Assembly (NCBI GenBank): GCA_964633325.1
Contig: CAZWFS010000001.1
Coordinates: 3,063-67,062, forward strand
Length of the DNA stretch: 64,000 nt
From: an uncultured Candidatus Saccharibacteria bacterium
GTDB taxonomy: Bacteria; Patescibacteriota; Saccharimonadia; Saccharimonadales; CAZWFS01
Reading direction: 5' to 3'
The translations under genes were made by a program, and so were the position numbers. The first letter of the stretch is position 1. Each line of letters starts with the position of its first letter. The notes beneath the pieces were generated by a model that was given only the letters and a program-made list of their open reading frames with translations, was not told where the DNA came from and did no database searches. This document shows positions 48,275-58,550 of this stretch, in pieces.

Positions 48275-48610
48275 ATGAAAATAGTATACGAAGACTTTGA
48301 AAAAGTTGATATCAGAGTAGGTAGGATAGTTGATATAGAAGATTTTCCAGAAGCTCGTAAGGCTTCATACCGACTTAAGATAGATCTAGGACAAGAAATC
48401 GGTATTAAAAAATCATGTGCCCAATTGCCTAAGAATTACACCAAAGAACAGCTCAAAGATAAACTTGTTCTGTGTGTGGTTAACTTCCCTCCGCGTCAAA
48501 TTGGGCCGGCGGTATCAGAAGTTCTAACGCTAGGAGTGCCTGACGATGAAAATGAATGCGTACTGGTTATCCCTGATAAGGATATACCCTTAGGCGGAAA
48601 ATTATATTAG
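48275..48610 (+). CDS. csaA: CsaA/Trbp111-like tRNA-binding OB-fold protein
   Basis: DFEKVDIRVG...VNFPPRQIG..SEVLTLG. Confidence 0.9.
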   Translation: MKIVYEDFEKVDIRVGRIVDIEDFPEARKASYRLKIDLGQEIGIKKSCAQLPKNYTKEQLKDKLVLCVVNFPPRQIGPAVSEVLTLGVPDDENECVLVIPDKDIPLGGKLY

Positions 48611-48621
48611 GAGAAACCACC

Positions 48622-50505
48622 ATGGATACACAAACTATTCGTAGTAAATATCTAGAGTTCATGAAAGAACGAGGGCATGTAATTGTGCCTCGCGCCCAAT
48701 TGGTGCCACAAGATGACGCCTCTACATTGTTCACCGGCAGCGGCATGCAGCCAATGGTGCCGTATCTGCTGGGTGCAGAGCACCCGGAAGGCACGAGGAT
48801 AGCGGATAGTCAGACGGTCTTTCGTGTTGTTGACATTGACGAAGTGGGAGATTCTAGTCATTGCACATTCTATGAAATGATTGGCAACTGGAGCTTGGGT
48901 GATTATTTCAAACGCGAACAGCTAACTTGGATTTTTGAATTCTGTGTAGATGTTATTGGGCTTAACCCCGAGCGAATGTACCCTACTTGTTATATAGGTA
49001 GTGATGAGTTTGGAATCCCGAAAGACCAGGAAGCGGCTCAAATTTGGCAAGAATTATTTAAGACAAAAGACATTAAAGCACAAGCGGTAGATATTGGCTC
49101 TAAAACTGATGGGTATCAAAAAGGAATGAGTGGTGGCAGAATTTTCTATTATGAGGGTAACGAAAATTGGTGGAGCCGTGGAGGTCCCGAAGCGGGTACG
49201 CCAGTCGGCGACCCCTGTGGCCCAGACAGCGAAATCATGTATGAGTTTCCTGATGTTGAGCACGATTTAAAATTTGGGCCAAATTGCCACCCAGCCTGTG
49301 ATTGTGGCCGTTTTATAGAAATCGGTAACAATGTATTTATGGGATACAAGCATACTTCTAGTGGTTTTGAAAAGCTGCCGAAACCAAACATTGATTTTGG
49401 TGGAGGGCTGGAACGGATTGCCGCAGCCGCAGAAGGAAGTGGCGATATGTATAAAATTAGTGTCCTGTGGCCAATTATTGAGAAAATTCAAGAACTTAGC
49501 GGCAAGTCATACGAAGATTACACGAAAGCAATGCGTGTGATTGCCGACCATTCAAGAGCTGCTGTATGGCTGGCAGTTGATGGAGTAGTGCCAAGCAATA
49601 CACAGCAGGGCTATGTTATGCGCCGTCTCATGCGCCGTGCCATTCGTTATGGATTAGAATTAGGCGTTGCTAATGATTTGTGCTCTCAGTTAATTCCAAC
49701 AATAGTTCAAATATATGAGCTGGATTTTCCTGAAGTTAGCGACAGAAATGACATGGTAGTTGACTTGCTGGACAAGGAGGAAAAATTATTTCGCCAGACA
49801 TTACGTAATGGAGTGAAAGAATTTAGCAAAATGACACGAAGCGGTAGCTTGAATGGTAAACACGTTTTTACTCTTCATGATACTTATGGCTTTCCTGCAG
49901 AACTTAGTATTGAGGAGGCCGCGCTCAATAATGTTCTGGTAGACGAGAACTGGCGTACAGAATTTGACCAATTGATGAGCAAACAAAAGGAACGCTCCCG
50001 AACGGCAACAGAAGGTCAATTTAAGGGCGGCCTGGGCGGGCATTCAGCAATGCACAAGAAATACCACACCGCAACACACTTGATGTATAAAGCGTTGCGC
50101 ATGGTTTTAGGTAAACATGTTATTCAACGAGGTAGCAACATTACAGAAGAACGTTTACGTTTTGATTTTTCTCATCCTGAAAAAATGACACCAGAACAAA
50201 TCGCTGAAGTAGAAAGTATTGTAAACGAACAGATTGAAAAAGATTTGCCGATGACATGGCAAGAACGACCCACCAAAGAGGCCTTAGAAGCTGGCGTTTT
50301 AGGTGCATTTGGTCACAAATACGGTGATACGGTGAAAGTTTATACAGCTGGCGACCCTAACGGCGAATGGTTTAGTATGGAAATTTGCGGTGGTCCACAC
50401 GTTGACCATACTAGTGAATTGGCTGAAGGTGGTAAAAAATTCAAGATCAGCAAAGAAGAAGCAAGTTCAGCTGGTATCCGCAGGATTAAAGCCATCTTGG
50501 AATGA
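48622..50505 (+). CDS. alaS: alanine--tRNA ligase (short form without C-Ala domain)
   Basis: LFTGSGMQP, EMIGNWSLGDYFK, GPDSE, HTATH, EICGGPH, GIRRI. Confidence 0.96.
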   Translation: MDTQTIRSKYLEFMKERGHVIVPRAQLVPQDDASTLFTGSGMQPMVPYLLGAEHPEGTRIADSQTVFRVVDIDEVGDSSHCTFYEMIGNWSLGDYFKREQLTWIFEFCVDVIGLNPERMYPTCYIGSDEFGIPKDQEAAQIWQELFKTKDIKAQAVDIGSKTDGYQKGMSGGRIFYYEGNENWWSRGGPEAGTPVGDPCGPDSEIMYEFPDVEHDLKFGPNCHPACDCGRFIEIGNNVFMGYKHTSSGFEKLPKPNIDFGGGLERIAAAAEGSGDMYKISVLWPIIEKIQELSGKSYEDYTKAMRVIADHSRAAVWLAVDGVVPSNTQQGYVMRRLMRRAIRYGLELGVANDLCSQLIPTIVQIYELDFPEVSDRNDMVVDLLDKEEKLFRQTLRNGVKEFSKMTRSGSLNGKHVFTLHDTYGFPAELSIEEAALNNVLVDENWRTEFDQLMSKQKERSRTATEGQFKGGLGGHSAMHKKYHTATHLMYKALRMVLGKHVIQRGSNITEERLRFDFSHPEKMTPEQIAEVESIVNEQIEKDLPMTWQERPTKEALEAGVLGAFGHKYGDTVKVYTAGDPNGEWFSMEICGGPHVDHTSELAEGGKKFKISKEEASSAGIRRIKAILE

Positions 50506-50561
50506 TCGATTGACGGAAATTAAGACTAAACTCCTAGACTTCCCACCCCTTCGCGGTACCT

Positions 50562-51935
50562 TTGTCCTTGATGAATCAACAAGGAACACAACTAACCAAT
50601 ACCTCAGCTCTCCAGTTGCCACATGAAAAAAACGGGAGGCCTGTCGATAGTATAGCCGTCAAAGCAAAACGAGTTGAATACTGCCTCTATGCCCGAAAAT
50701 CCAGCGAAGATGATGAACGCCAAGCCCTTTCCATTGATTCACAGATCAAAGAAATGGCAGTTCAGGTCGAAAGCCAGGGACTACGGGTTACAGAGATCCG
50801 GAAAGAGAGTCACTCTGCCAAACAATCTGGACAAAGACCAGTGTTTCAACAATTGATTGAGGATGTTCGCAAAGGACTATTCACTGGCATATTGAGCTGG
50901 GCACCAGATCGCCTAAGCAGAAATGCCGGTGACTTGGGCTCAGTCGTAGACCTTATGGATCAAGGTAAGTTAGTTGAGATCAGAACTCACGGCCAGGTAT
51001 TCACCAACTCACCCAACGACAAGTTTCTGCTAATGATTCTATGTTCCCAGGCCAAACTTGAGAACGACAACAGAGGCATCAACGTTAAAAGAGGCATGAA
51101 AACCAAGTGTGAACTGGGCTTTCGGCCTAATATGACACCACTCGGTTACCTTAACGACCATTACTCCGGCAAAGGTCAAAAGAAGGTGTTCGTAGATAAG
51201 AAGCGAGCACCAATTATCAAAGAGGCCTTTGAAAAGGTGGCTACCGGTGCTAGCGGACGCGATATTTATAACTGGATGAAAGAAATCAACTATAGGACTA
51301 AGAGCGGCAAGTTAATGACACTGAGTGGTGTTTACCGTATGCTCAATAACCCATATTACTGCGGTATCTTCGAATTCCCGACCGGCAGTGGCAAATGGTA
51401 CAAAGGATCGTATACGTCGATTATCTCTAGAGAATTATTTGATGCGGTTCAAAAGAAGATGGAAGTGAACCCAAAAAGTAAGCCAGGAACCAAGCAATTT
51501 GACTATACCAAATTGCTTAAATGTGGTGGCTGTGGCTCCGGCGTCACGGCGCAGGAGAAATTCAAAAAACGCAAAGACGGTACTGCTAAACGTTACGTTT
51601 ATTACCACTGTACTCAATCGCGAGACTTTGACTGCCCGCAAGGCTATATCCGGGAAGAAAAACTGGCCGAGGCCTTCGTCAACATGCTGGAGAAAGTAAC
51701 AGTTGAAGAAATTGAAAGCAAGGAAGCCCTGAGGGCTGAACTTGATAGATTCAGGCGTTTATCGTCTGCAGTACTGGGATACAGTAACAATCCAGAGCAA
51801 CCGGAGATTAATCTGCATAACTTTGCTAAATACGTGCTTACAGAAGGAACAAGAGCCGAAAAACGTGAATTGATCTCATGTCTTGATCAAACGATTTATC
51901 TTAAAGATAGACAAGTGCACACAACTCTGAGCTAG
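50562..51935 (+). CDS. large serine recombinase (start uncertain)
   Basis: YARKSSE, DRLSRN, PLGY, NPYYCG, CGGCG. Confidence 0.93.
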   Translation: MSLMNQQGTQLTNTSALQLPHEKNGRPVDSIAVKAKRVEYCLYARKSSEDDERQALSIDSQIKEMAVQVESQGLRVTEIRKESHSAKQSGQRPVFQQLIEDVRKGLFTGILSWAPDRLSRNAGDLGSVVDLMDQGKLVEIRTHGQVFTNSPNDKFLLMILCSQAKLENDNRGINVKRGMKTKCELGFRPNMTPLGYLNDHYSGKGQKKVFVDKKRAPIIKEAFEKVATGASGRDIYNWMKEINYRTKSGKLMTLSGVYRMLNNPYYCGIFEFPTGSGKWYKGSYTSIISRELFDAVQKKMEVNPKSKPGTKQFDYTKLLKCGGCGSGVTAQEKFKKRKDGTAKRYVYYHCTQSRDFDCPQGYIREEKLAEAFVNMLEKVTVEEIESKEALRAELDRFRRLSSAVLGYSNNPEQPEINLHNFAKYVLTEGTRAEKRELISCLDQTIYLKDRQVHTTLS

Positions 51936-52013
51936 GAAACCGTAAGCTTGCAGAATAACTTGCTTATTGGATAGCTATATTTTTATCTGTTGTTCCCCTA
52001 TACTGAAGGAGCT

Positions 52014-55000
52014 ATGGGAAGTGTTACTGCACACCAGGATCAGAATCGTTTACTAGAAGTGGAGCCTACTAAGCTCCACAGTACAAAAGTTACTCTGCCT
52101 CTACGTCTAATCGACAGCGTAAAAGTTGGCAAGAATCGAGCCAATCAAATTTACCAAGACGAAGAATTAGTTGACGTTGATGTTTATGATGAGGGGGATA
52201 AGCTCTTAAAGTTAAAATCAGAAAAAGAAGAGTTTATTCTTAAGCTACCGGGAGCCAGAGCAACCATCACTAATAAAAATGTGTTAAGAATTGCAAACTA
52301 CACAGATGCAAAATCTATAAATCAAGATAGCAAATTAACTTGGGAGGACTTTCAGGGCTCCGAGGCACCAAACAGTACTAATGGAGTGAAAGAATCTTGG
52401 CTTCATTCCTTTAATTTTAAGGAAGAATATCCAGCAAAGAATATACCTGGTCTTAGAAAACCCCAAGCGGGCGCAATACACTCTGTAGCCGCTCATTGGT
52501 CTGTGAAAAACGACTGCGCCACAATTGTAATGCCTACTGGTATAGGGAAAACTGAAACGATGCTTTCGGTTATGGTTCATCAACAATGTGAAAAGATTCT
52601 TGTTCTTGTACCCACCAGTGCGCTTAGGAAACAAATATATAACAAATTCTTAACGCTAGGTAAGTTGAAGAAACTTGGGGTTGTTGAGCAGAAAGCACTG
52701 AGCCCCCGTGTATTAATGATTGAGCACACCATTGAAAATGTGGCTGAAGCAAAAGAAGTATTAAAAAACGCCAACGTTATTGTAGCTACTGTAAGTGTCC
52801 TAAATCGCTCAAGTGATACCGTCAAACAAGTAATATCTGAGGGATGCTCTCATTTGTTTATAGATGAAGCGCACCATGTACCTGCCAATAGTTGGAGTGC
52901 CATAAAAGACCTTTTTGAGAACAAATATATCTTGCAATTTACTGCTACACCGTTTAGGCGAGACTCAAAAGTAATTGAGGGGGATATCATATACAACTAC
53001 CCCCTAGGAATGGCGCAGAATGACGGCTACTTTAAGAAGATTAACTTATTGAAGCTTCAGGAGTTTGATGACGCGAAGTCAGACGAAGAAATAGCCAAAG
53101 CGGCAATAGGAGCACTTGAGAATGATCTAAACGGCCCAATAAAACTTGATCATATGATTATGGCTAGGTGTAAGGATAAGGATCGAGCTCGTGATATAAT
53201 CCGACATTACAAAAAACACGGTACAACATACAACCCGGTTCTTATTGATTCTGAATTGACCAGTAAACAATATAGAGAAATCGAGGAGAAGCTAAAGAAC
53301 GGCGAAACTAGGATTATTGTCTGTGTAAATATGCTTGGTGAAGGTTTTGATCTGCCTAATCTCAAAATAGCTGCCCTACATGATGTCCATAAGAGCCTTG
53401 CGATCACCCTCCAATTCATAGGTCGTTTTACAAGAGAAGCTAAGGATGTTGGTGACGCTACCGTTGTAGTGAATGTGAATGATCCCCAAGTTAATAAGGA
53501 CTTGGAGGGTCTATATTCTGAAAACCCAGATTGGAATGAAATCTTAAAGCAAAAAAGTGAATCTACCATAGAGCACGAAATAGAATCCCATGAGTTTATA
53601 AAAGAATTTTCAGGGGAGCTTTCAAAGCACATTTCTCTTTGGAATTTACGCCCATCATTCTCAACGCTAATTTATGAAACTAAGTGTCAAGACTGGAACC
53701 CCAAAAAGTTCGAGGAGGTAATGCCCAAGCGATACAAATACTGGCATGCAATAAACCAAAAAGAGAAAATACTGGTTGTAGTTATTAGCAAAGAAGATGA
53801 GGTAAATTGGGGCCGCTATAAGGACATTCATAATCACAGCTTTGAACTTTGTGTGGTGCATTGGAGCGAAGAGCATAAAGCGTTGTTTATACAATCTAGT
53901 GACTACGATGCAATTAACCCGGCAGGTTTATCAAGAGCTATTTGTGGAGAAGATACCAAAATCAAAAATGGGTCTAATGTATTCAACATATATTCAGGCG
54001 TGGAGCGCATTCTTGCTCGTAATCTCGGCATCTCGACTGTTGGGAATAATATATCCTACACAATGCACTTTGGTAGTGACATTACTCAAGGCCTCTCAAA
54101 ATTAGATAAGTCTTTAGGGGTTCTGAACAACATTTCGGCTTGGGGTTTTGAGGGCGGTGATCGTTTTATGGCAGGCTGCTCGGAAAGAAGTGGCAAAATT
54201 TGGTCTATCGGTGGTGGTCCTATGATGCTTTGGAAAAGTTGGTGTCATAAGGTGGCCGACAAAGTTTTTGATGAAACTATTGAGGCGAATAAGGTAATCG
54301 AAGAATTTCTTCGCCCCGTCCAGCTCGAAAAGAGGCACAAATCCGTACCTCTGTTGATCGAATGGAGTGAAAGGATTCTTAAGGCAAAAGAGGACAATAT
54401 AACTGTCTTGTTCGGTAAAGAAGAGTTTAAAATTTATGACGTAGAAATAGAGATTACTAATTTTTCTGATTCAGGTCCTGTTCACTTCCGAGTATTTAAT
54501 GATACCCATGAAACAAAATACAAAATAGATTACTCAAAAACGGACTGCAAATACTCCATTGTCAGTGGCAACGATATGAGTATTAAAAAGTACAGTGCAC
54601 AGCCTGTTCCGTTTATGGACTACGTTTTGAGAGACCCGGTTGTCGTTATATACGTGGACGGGTCTTTCTCATACAACAATTATCACGTACCTACACCGCC
54701 ACTAAACCAATTTTATGACAAAGAGCGTTTGCAGGTTGTTGATTGGCAAAAGACAAATATACGGGTGGAGTCAATGAAAAAAGAAAGAAAAACCGATAGT
54801 ATTCAACACAAAGTGTGGCAAATGCTTAATGATGAATATGAAGTCGTCTTTAACGATGACGATTCAGGAGAAGCTGCCGATCTAATCGCCATAAGGCAGG
54901 AGTCTACTGACACAATAAAGTTGCACCTAGTTCACTGTAAATTTTCATCAAAGCCAAACACTGGGTCTAGAATAGGAGATTTTTATGCTCTCTGTGGACA

Positions 55001-55304
55001 GGCGCAAAAATCAATCAAGTGGAAGCATAATGGGCTCGATTATCTTTGTGAACACATGAAGCATCGTAATGAGGCATGGGAAAAGACAAAGAACAGCAGA
55101 TTTTTAAAGGGCAGCGTGGTTGATTTAAATAAGTTAAAAAAATTCTCAAGATTTGCGACAAACTTTGTATTCGAAGTTACAGTCGTACAGCCCGGGTTAT
55201 CAAAGGCAAAAATATCTGATGACGTCATTCAGCTTTTAGGTAGCACGGAGGACTATTTACTAAAGACTTCCAATGCCAGCTTTAATGTGTTTTGTTCAAA
55301 GTAG
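52014..55304 (+). CDS. SF2 DEAD/DEAH helicase with C-terminal PD-(D/E)xK-like nuclease; putative defence protein
   Basis: MPTGIGKT, DEAHH, TATP, QFIGRF; ADLI...VHCK. Confidence 0.85.
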   Translation: MGSVTAHQDQNRLLEVEPTKLHSTKVTLPLRLIDSVKVGKNRANQIYQDEELVDVDVYDEGDKLLKLKSEKEEFILKLPGARATITNKNVLRIANYTDAKSINQDSKLTWEDFQGSEAPNSTNGVKESWLHSFNFKEEYPAKNIPGLRKPQAGAIHSVAAHWSVKNDCATIVMPTGIGKTETMLSVMVHQQCEKILVLVPTSALRKQIYNKFLTLGKLKKLGVVEQKALSPRVLMIEHTIENVAEAKEVLKNANVIVATVSVLNRSSDTVKQVISEGCSHLFIDEAHHVPANSWSAIKDLFENKYILQFTATPFRRDSKVIEGDIIYNYPLGMAQNDGYFKKINLLKLQEFDDAKSDEEIAKAAIGALENDLNGPIKLDHMIMARCKDKDRARDIIRHYKKHGTTYNPVLIDSELTSKQYREIEEKLKNGETRIIVCVNMLGEGFDLPNLKIAALHDVHKSLAITLQFIGRFTREAKDVGDATVVVNVNDPQVNKDLEGLYSENPDWNEILKQKSESTIEHEIESHEFIKEFSGELSKHISLWNLRPSFSTLIYETKCQDWNPKKFEEVMPKRYKYWHAINQKEKILVVVISKEDEVNWGRYKDIHNHSFELCVVHWSEEHKALFIQSSDYDAINPAGLSRAICGEDTKIKNGSNVFNIYSGVERILARNLGISTVGNNISYTMHFGSDITQGLSKLDKSLGVLNNISAWGFEGGDRFMAGCSERSGKIWSIGGGPMMLWKSWCHKVADKVFDETIEANKVIEEFLRPVQLEKRHKSVPLLIEWSERILKAKEDNITVLFGKEEFKIYDVEIEITNFSDSGPVHFRVFNDTHETKYKIDYSKTDCKYSIVSGNDMSIKKYSAQPVPFMDYVLRDPVVVIYVDGSFSYNNYHVPTPPLNQFYDKERLQVVDWQKTNIRVESMKKERKTDSIQHKVWQMLNDEYEVVFNDDDSGEAADLIAIRQESTDTIKLHLVHCKFSSKPNTGSRIGDFYALCGQAQKSIKWKHNGLDYLCEHMKHRNEAWEKTKNSRFLKGSVVDLNKLKKFSRFATNFVFEVTVVQPGLSKAKISDDVIQLLGSTEDYLLKTSNASFNVFCSK

Positions 55305-55784
55305 TTTGGGGGATAAGTTCACAATTACTCCCGGGTGCACGCGTAGGTCCGGTGAGAATTCTTATGTTCTTGGAGTTTAAAGGACAATACGTTCAAGGGT
55401 GTACGTAGTTAGTGTAGATGCATTCTTTTCGTTGCGTTCTGGCATCCACGGCGCATCTCTTGAACCTTTTACCCAAAGTGCAAGAAATACTGGGTTTGTA
55501 GTTTTGTGTACATCCGGGGTGACGGAAAGAATCTATGCTTTTTACGCCAGACTTTTACCATAGCCACAATAATCGCAATGTAGACCAAACCATTCTAGAA
55601 CCAAAATTCATTTAAAAGTTCCAGAAAATCAGGGCTTTAAGGAGTAATTGGCGAGTTCCAGTCCCAGGTGGGGTCAAGCTAAATCAAGCACTTAAGACAA
55701 ATAGAAGACCCCTCGCGGGGTTTTCCTTCCTCTTTGATTGTTCTTGTCCTTTCACTGACCCCTGTAAAAGTTCCACTTTCTATC

Positions 55785-55876
55785 TGGCGGAAGGGGTGGG
55801 ATTCGAACCCACGGACCCGTTGCCGGGTCTCCGGTTTTCAAGACCGGTGCACTCGACCAGACTATGCGACCCTTCC
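55785..55876 (-). tRNA. tRNA-Ser(TGA)
   Basis: loop CT-TGA-AA, long variable arm, GTTCGAATC, CCA. Confidence 0.96.
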
Positions 55877-55939
55877 ACGAAATTAAGTGATTATAACTTA
55901 ACAGGGGTGATTATAACAGTTAAGCTACCCGGCTCCAAG

Positions 55940-56614
55940 CTAAAGCCTTTGGGCAAATATAATGGCATCGACTTGGCGGGCGCCGGCTACTTTAAGGGCT
56001 TTGGCGGCTTGCTCCAACGTAGCGCCGGTAGTCAAAACATCGTCAACCAGTATTATATGCGCGTCCTTAATCAGAAAGTCCTTGCGCGGGGAGAAAGCGC
56101 CCTCTAACTGACGGAGGCGCTCTGCTCTACTTGCACCTACTTGCCTGGACTGGCCGTGGCGAGCTAATAAAGCAATATGCCTGCGGCCTAGTCGCCTTGA
56201 TAAAGCCCTGGCTATTAACTGGGATTGGTCGTAGCCACGGATGCGCACCCGCGAGGTAGCGGCCGGAACGTGAGAGATAATCACGCTTTTATCAAAATAG
56301 GGGATTGTCCCCTCAATAAGCGTGGCGATGGTTTTGGCGGCATCCTTGGCGCGTTCAAACTTTAGGGAATGGACTAACTGTTTACTAGGCCCCGTATATT
56401 CACCGGCAATCCAGACATGTCGGAGATAGCTAGAGCGGCGACACTTGCTGCATACCGCACTATCCTGGGTGGCTGCATGACAACGATAACATCTAGAGGG
56501 CATTGGTGTTTCGACTTCTGACAGGCACCACTCACATAGCAAGGCACCTTCCCGCTGGCACCCAAGACACTGGTGCGGAGCCAAAAAACCGATTACTTGT
56601 TCAAGAAACAGCAT
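55940..56614 (-). CDS. comF: ComF family protein
   Basis: N-terminal CxxC pairs, RGYDQS, LVDDVLTTGAT. Confidence 0.93.
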   Translation of the reverse strand: MLFLEQVIGFLAPHQCLGCQREGALLCEWCLSEVETPMPSRCYRCHAATQDSAVCSKCRRSSYLRHVWIAGEYTGPSKQLVHSLKFERAKDAAKTIATLIEGTIPYFDKSVIISHVPAATSRVRIRGYDQSQLIARALSRRLGRRHIALLARHGQSRQVGASRAERLRQLEGAFSPRKDFLIKDAHIILVDDVLTTGATLEQAAKALKVAGARQVDAIIFAQRL

Positions 56615-57014
56615 GCTTTATCCATTTTACATATACCCATCAAAAATTGCTTTTCGGTTTTTGGGGTCGATGATTTTTGAGTCGGAAGTTTCCGAAATTT
56701 TATCAGCGTACTCTGGAGTACGGTTATCAAATTTCGGAAAGTTCTGGCCGAAAAGAGCGGGCCTAGAAGCCGGAAAGTGGCTTCTGGTGGGTATACCCTT
56801 TAGTTACCTCAAACTAGTCAAACCCAGGCAGAAGAAACCGCATCTAACACTCAAAGGCTGAAGGCATTCATTGACCAAAGCTACTGTTGTTGTGCGAATT
56901 ACCGTTGTAAATATGTATGTTTAGTGGTTGCAAGGTGTTTACTAACTAAGCTATACTGCTAACAAGATAAAAACGCAAGCCAAATACTATATTACACCTG
57001 GAGGGTAAAAAATT

Positions 57015-57500
57015 ATGGCGCGACGTAACCGCGACGAAGACCTATTGATGGAAGACGAACTGACTGCCGCATTCTTGGGCGACGATGACATGCCAGCTGA
57101 TGACGCAGGCGCCCAGCCGGCTGCTCAACAAGCCCAGGCTCCGACTACTGACGAATGGGACGAGGAAGAAGCCGTTCCCGGACAGCTTGCCGTTGACGTT
57201 TACGAAACTAAGGAGCGCTTGGTGGTGAAAGCCCGAACCGCAGGAGTAAATAAATCCGACCTTGACGTTAGTATTTCTGATAATACCCTGAGCATCCGCG
57301 GGACGCTTTCGGCCGGTACCGAGGATGACGTAGAGAATTACTTTGTGCAAGAATGTTACTGGGGCGAATTCTCGCGCAGCATCGCCCTGCCGGTGCCTGT
57401 CAAAGAGGATGAGATCGAAGCCGTACTTAAGGACGGCGTGCTCACCATTAGCTTCACAAAGGTTAAACAAGATACCGTCAAAAAGATTCAAATCCTCTAA
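57015..57500 (+). CDS. Hsp20/alpha-crystallin small heat-shock protein
   Basis: VDVYET, ECYWGEFSRSI.LP, A.LKDGVL. Confidence 0.93.
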   Translation: MARRNRDEDLLMEDELTAAFLGDDDMPADDAGAQPAAQQAQAPTTDEWDEEEAVPGQLAVDVYETKERLVVKARTAGVNKSDLDVSISDNTLSIRGTLSAGTEDDVENYFVQECYWGEFSRSIALPVPVKEDEIEAVLKDGVLTISFTKVKQDTVKKIQIL

Positions 57501-57520
57501 GCTGTATGTAGTCAATAATT

Positions 57521-57553
57521 AAAGACCGTCCGTGTAATAACGGACGGTTTTTT
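57521..57553 (+). terminator. intrinsic terminator
   Basis: accgtccg-tgtaataa-cggacggt-ttttt. Confidence 0.8.
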
Positions 57554-57573
57554 GTTTTACAGCTCGAGGAATT

Positions 57574-57990
57574 TTAGCTGGTTGTTTGGGTGGCCTTGGC
57601 CAGTACGAAGCGAACGATGAACTGGGCTAGCGCTACCACTATTAAACCTACAATGGCATAGAGTATGGTGTTCTTTGCGCCGGTGACATTGCCGGAATCA
57701 CCACCGGAGGTAATGTATTTGAGCCCTCCTACGATTATCATTATGACAGCGACCACACCTACTATCAGCGAAAACACGTTTACGATTAGTTTAATGATGC
57801 TGTCCAGCCTTGATGTGGCTGTAGCATCATCGGGTTCACACTCTGCTCCGGGAGATAGGGTTAAGTCAGCCCCACACTGGACCTTCTTGCCCAGCTCTTG
57901 AGCATAAACAGTTGCCGGGAGTACCGCGGGAGCCGCGAAAAGCCCAAACGCCATAGCGCTTAATAAAAATCTTTTAATTGCTGTAATCAT
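57574..57990 (-). CDS. TrbC/VirB2-like pilin
   Basis: signal peptide, IIVGGLKYITSGGD...AKNTILYAIVGL. Confidence 0.85.
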   Translation of the reverse strand: MITAIKRFLLSAMAFGLFAAPAVLPATVYAQELGKKVQCGADLTLSPGAECEPDDATATSRLDSIIKLIVNVFSLIVGVVAVIMIIVGGLKYITSGGDSGNVTGAKNTILYAIVGLIVVALAQFIVRFVLAKATQTTS

Positions 57991-58137
57991 TTTTAGTTAT
58001 ACCTTTCTTTGATATAGCCTTACTTATATCATAAACTTTTTACTTTATTCAAGTGCTCGGGCATGTAGACGGATATAGATGTCCGAATAAGAAGGCTTAA
58101 TTATTAATTGCCGGGGCCTTTTACCGCCCCTATCTTA

Positions 58138-58536
58138 CTACGTGGCCTTAGCTAACACGAAACGAACTATAAACTGGGCTAATGCAACAACGACCAGGCC
58201 GATTACTGCATAAAGCAACGTTGACCGCGCAGCGTTTATATTACTACTTTCTCCGCCGGAAATGATGAACTTAAGACCTGACACGATAATCATGATGATT
58301 GCCGCTATGCCGACAACCAGCGAAAAGATGTCAATAGCCGCCTTGACCACCGTACTGACCCTTACCCTGGAAGTGTCGCTGCCGCAAGCCTCGCTGGAAC
58401 CTATATTCACTCCGGCGCATATATCGTCAACTGCAGCGGCTTGGACGGCTGCAGGAACTAGAAATGCACCTACCAACAGCATCAGCACCACTAATGACGC
58501 TAGCCTGCCCCTAAGTGCATAAATCGCTTCCTTCAT
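58138..58536 (-). CDS. TrbC/VirB2-like pilin
   Basis: GLKFIISGGE...ARSTLLYAVIGL. Confidence 0.85.
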   Translation of the reverse strand: MKEAIYALRGRLASLVVLMLLVGAFLVPAAVQAAAVDDICAGVNIGSSEACGSDTSRVRVSTVVKAAIDIFSLVVGIAAIIMIIVSGLKFIISGGESSNINAARSTLLYAVIGLVVVALAQFIVRFVLAKAT

Positions 58537-58550
58537 AAAATTAACTCCGT

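Larger units (their letters stand above)
35226..55790. mobile_element. integrative element 2 inserted at the tRNA-Ser(TGA) 3' end
   Basis: TGGCGG-N7-GGG-N4-GAACC at 35226 matches the tRNA end at 55785 in register; two serine recombinases, methylase and terminase inside. Confidence 0.72.

Noticed and set aside
55305-55784. Possible gene or recombinase remnant next to tRNA-Ser(TGA)
   Set aside because: Only short frames with no recognisable motif
35226-55790. Complete prophage
   Set aside because: No portal, capsid, tail or lysis genes recognised
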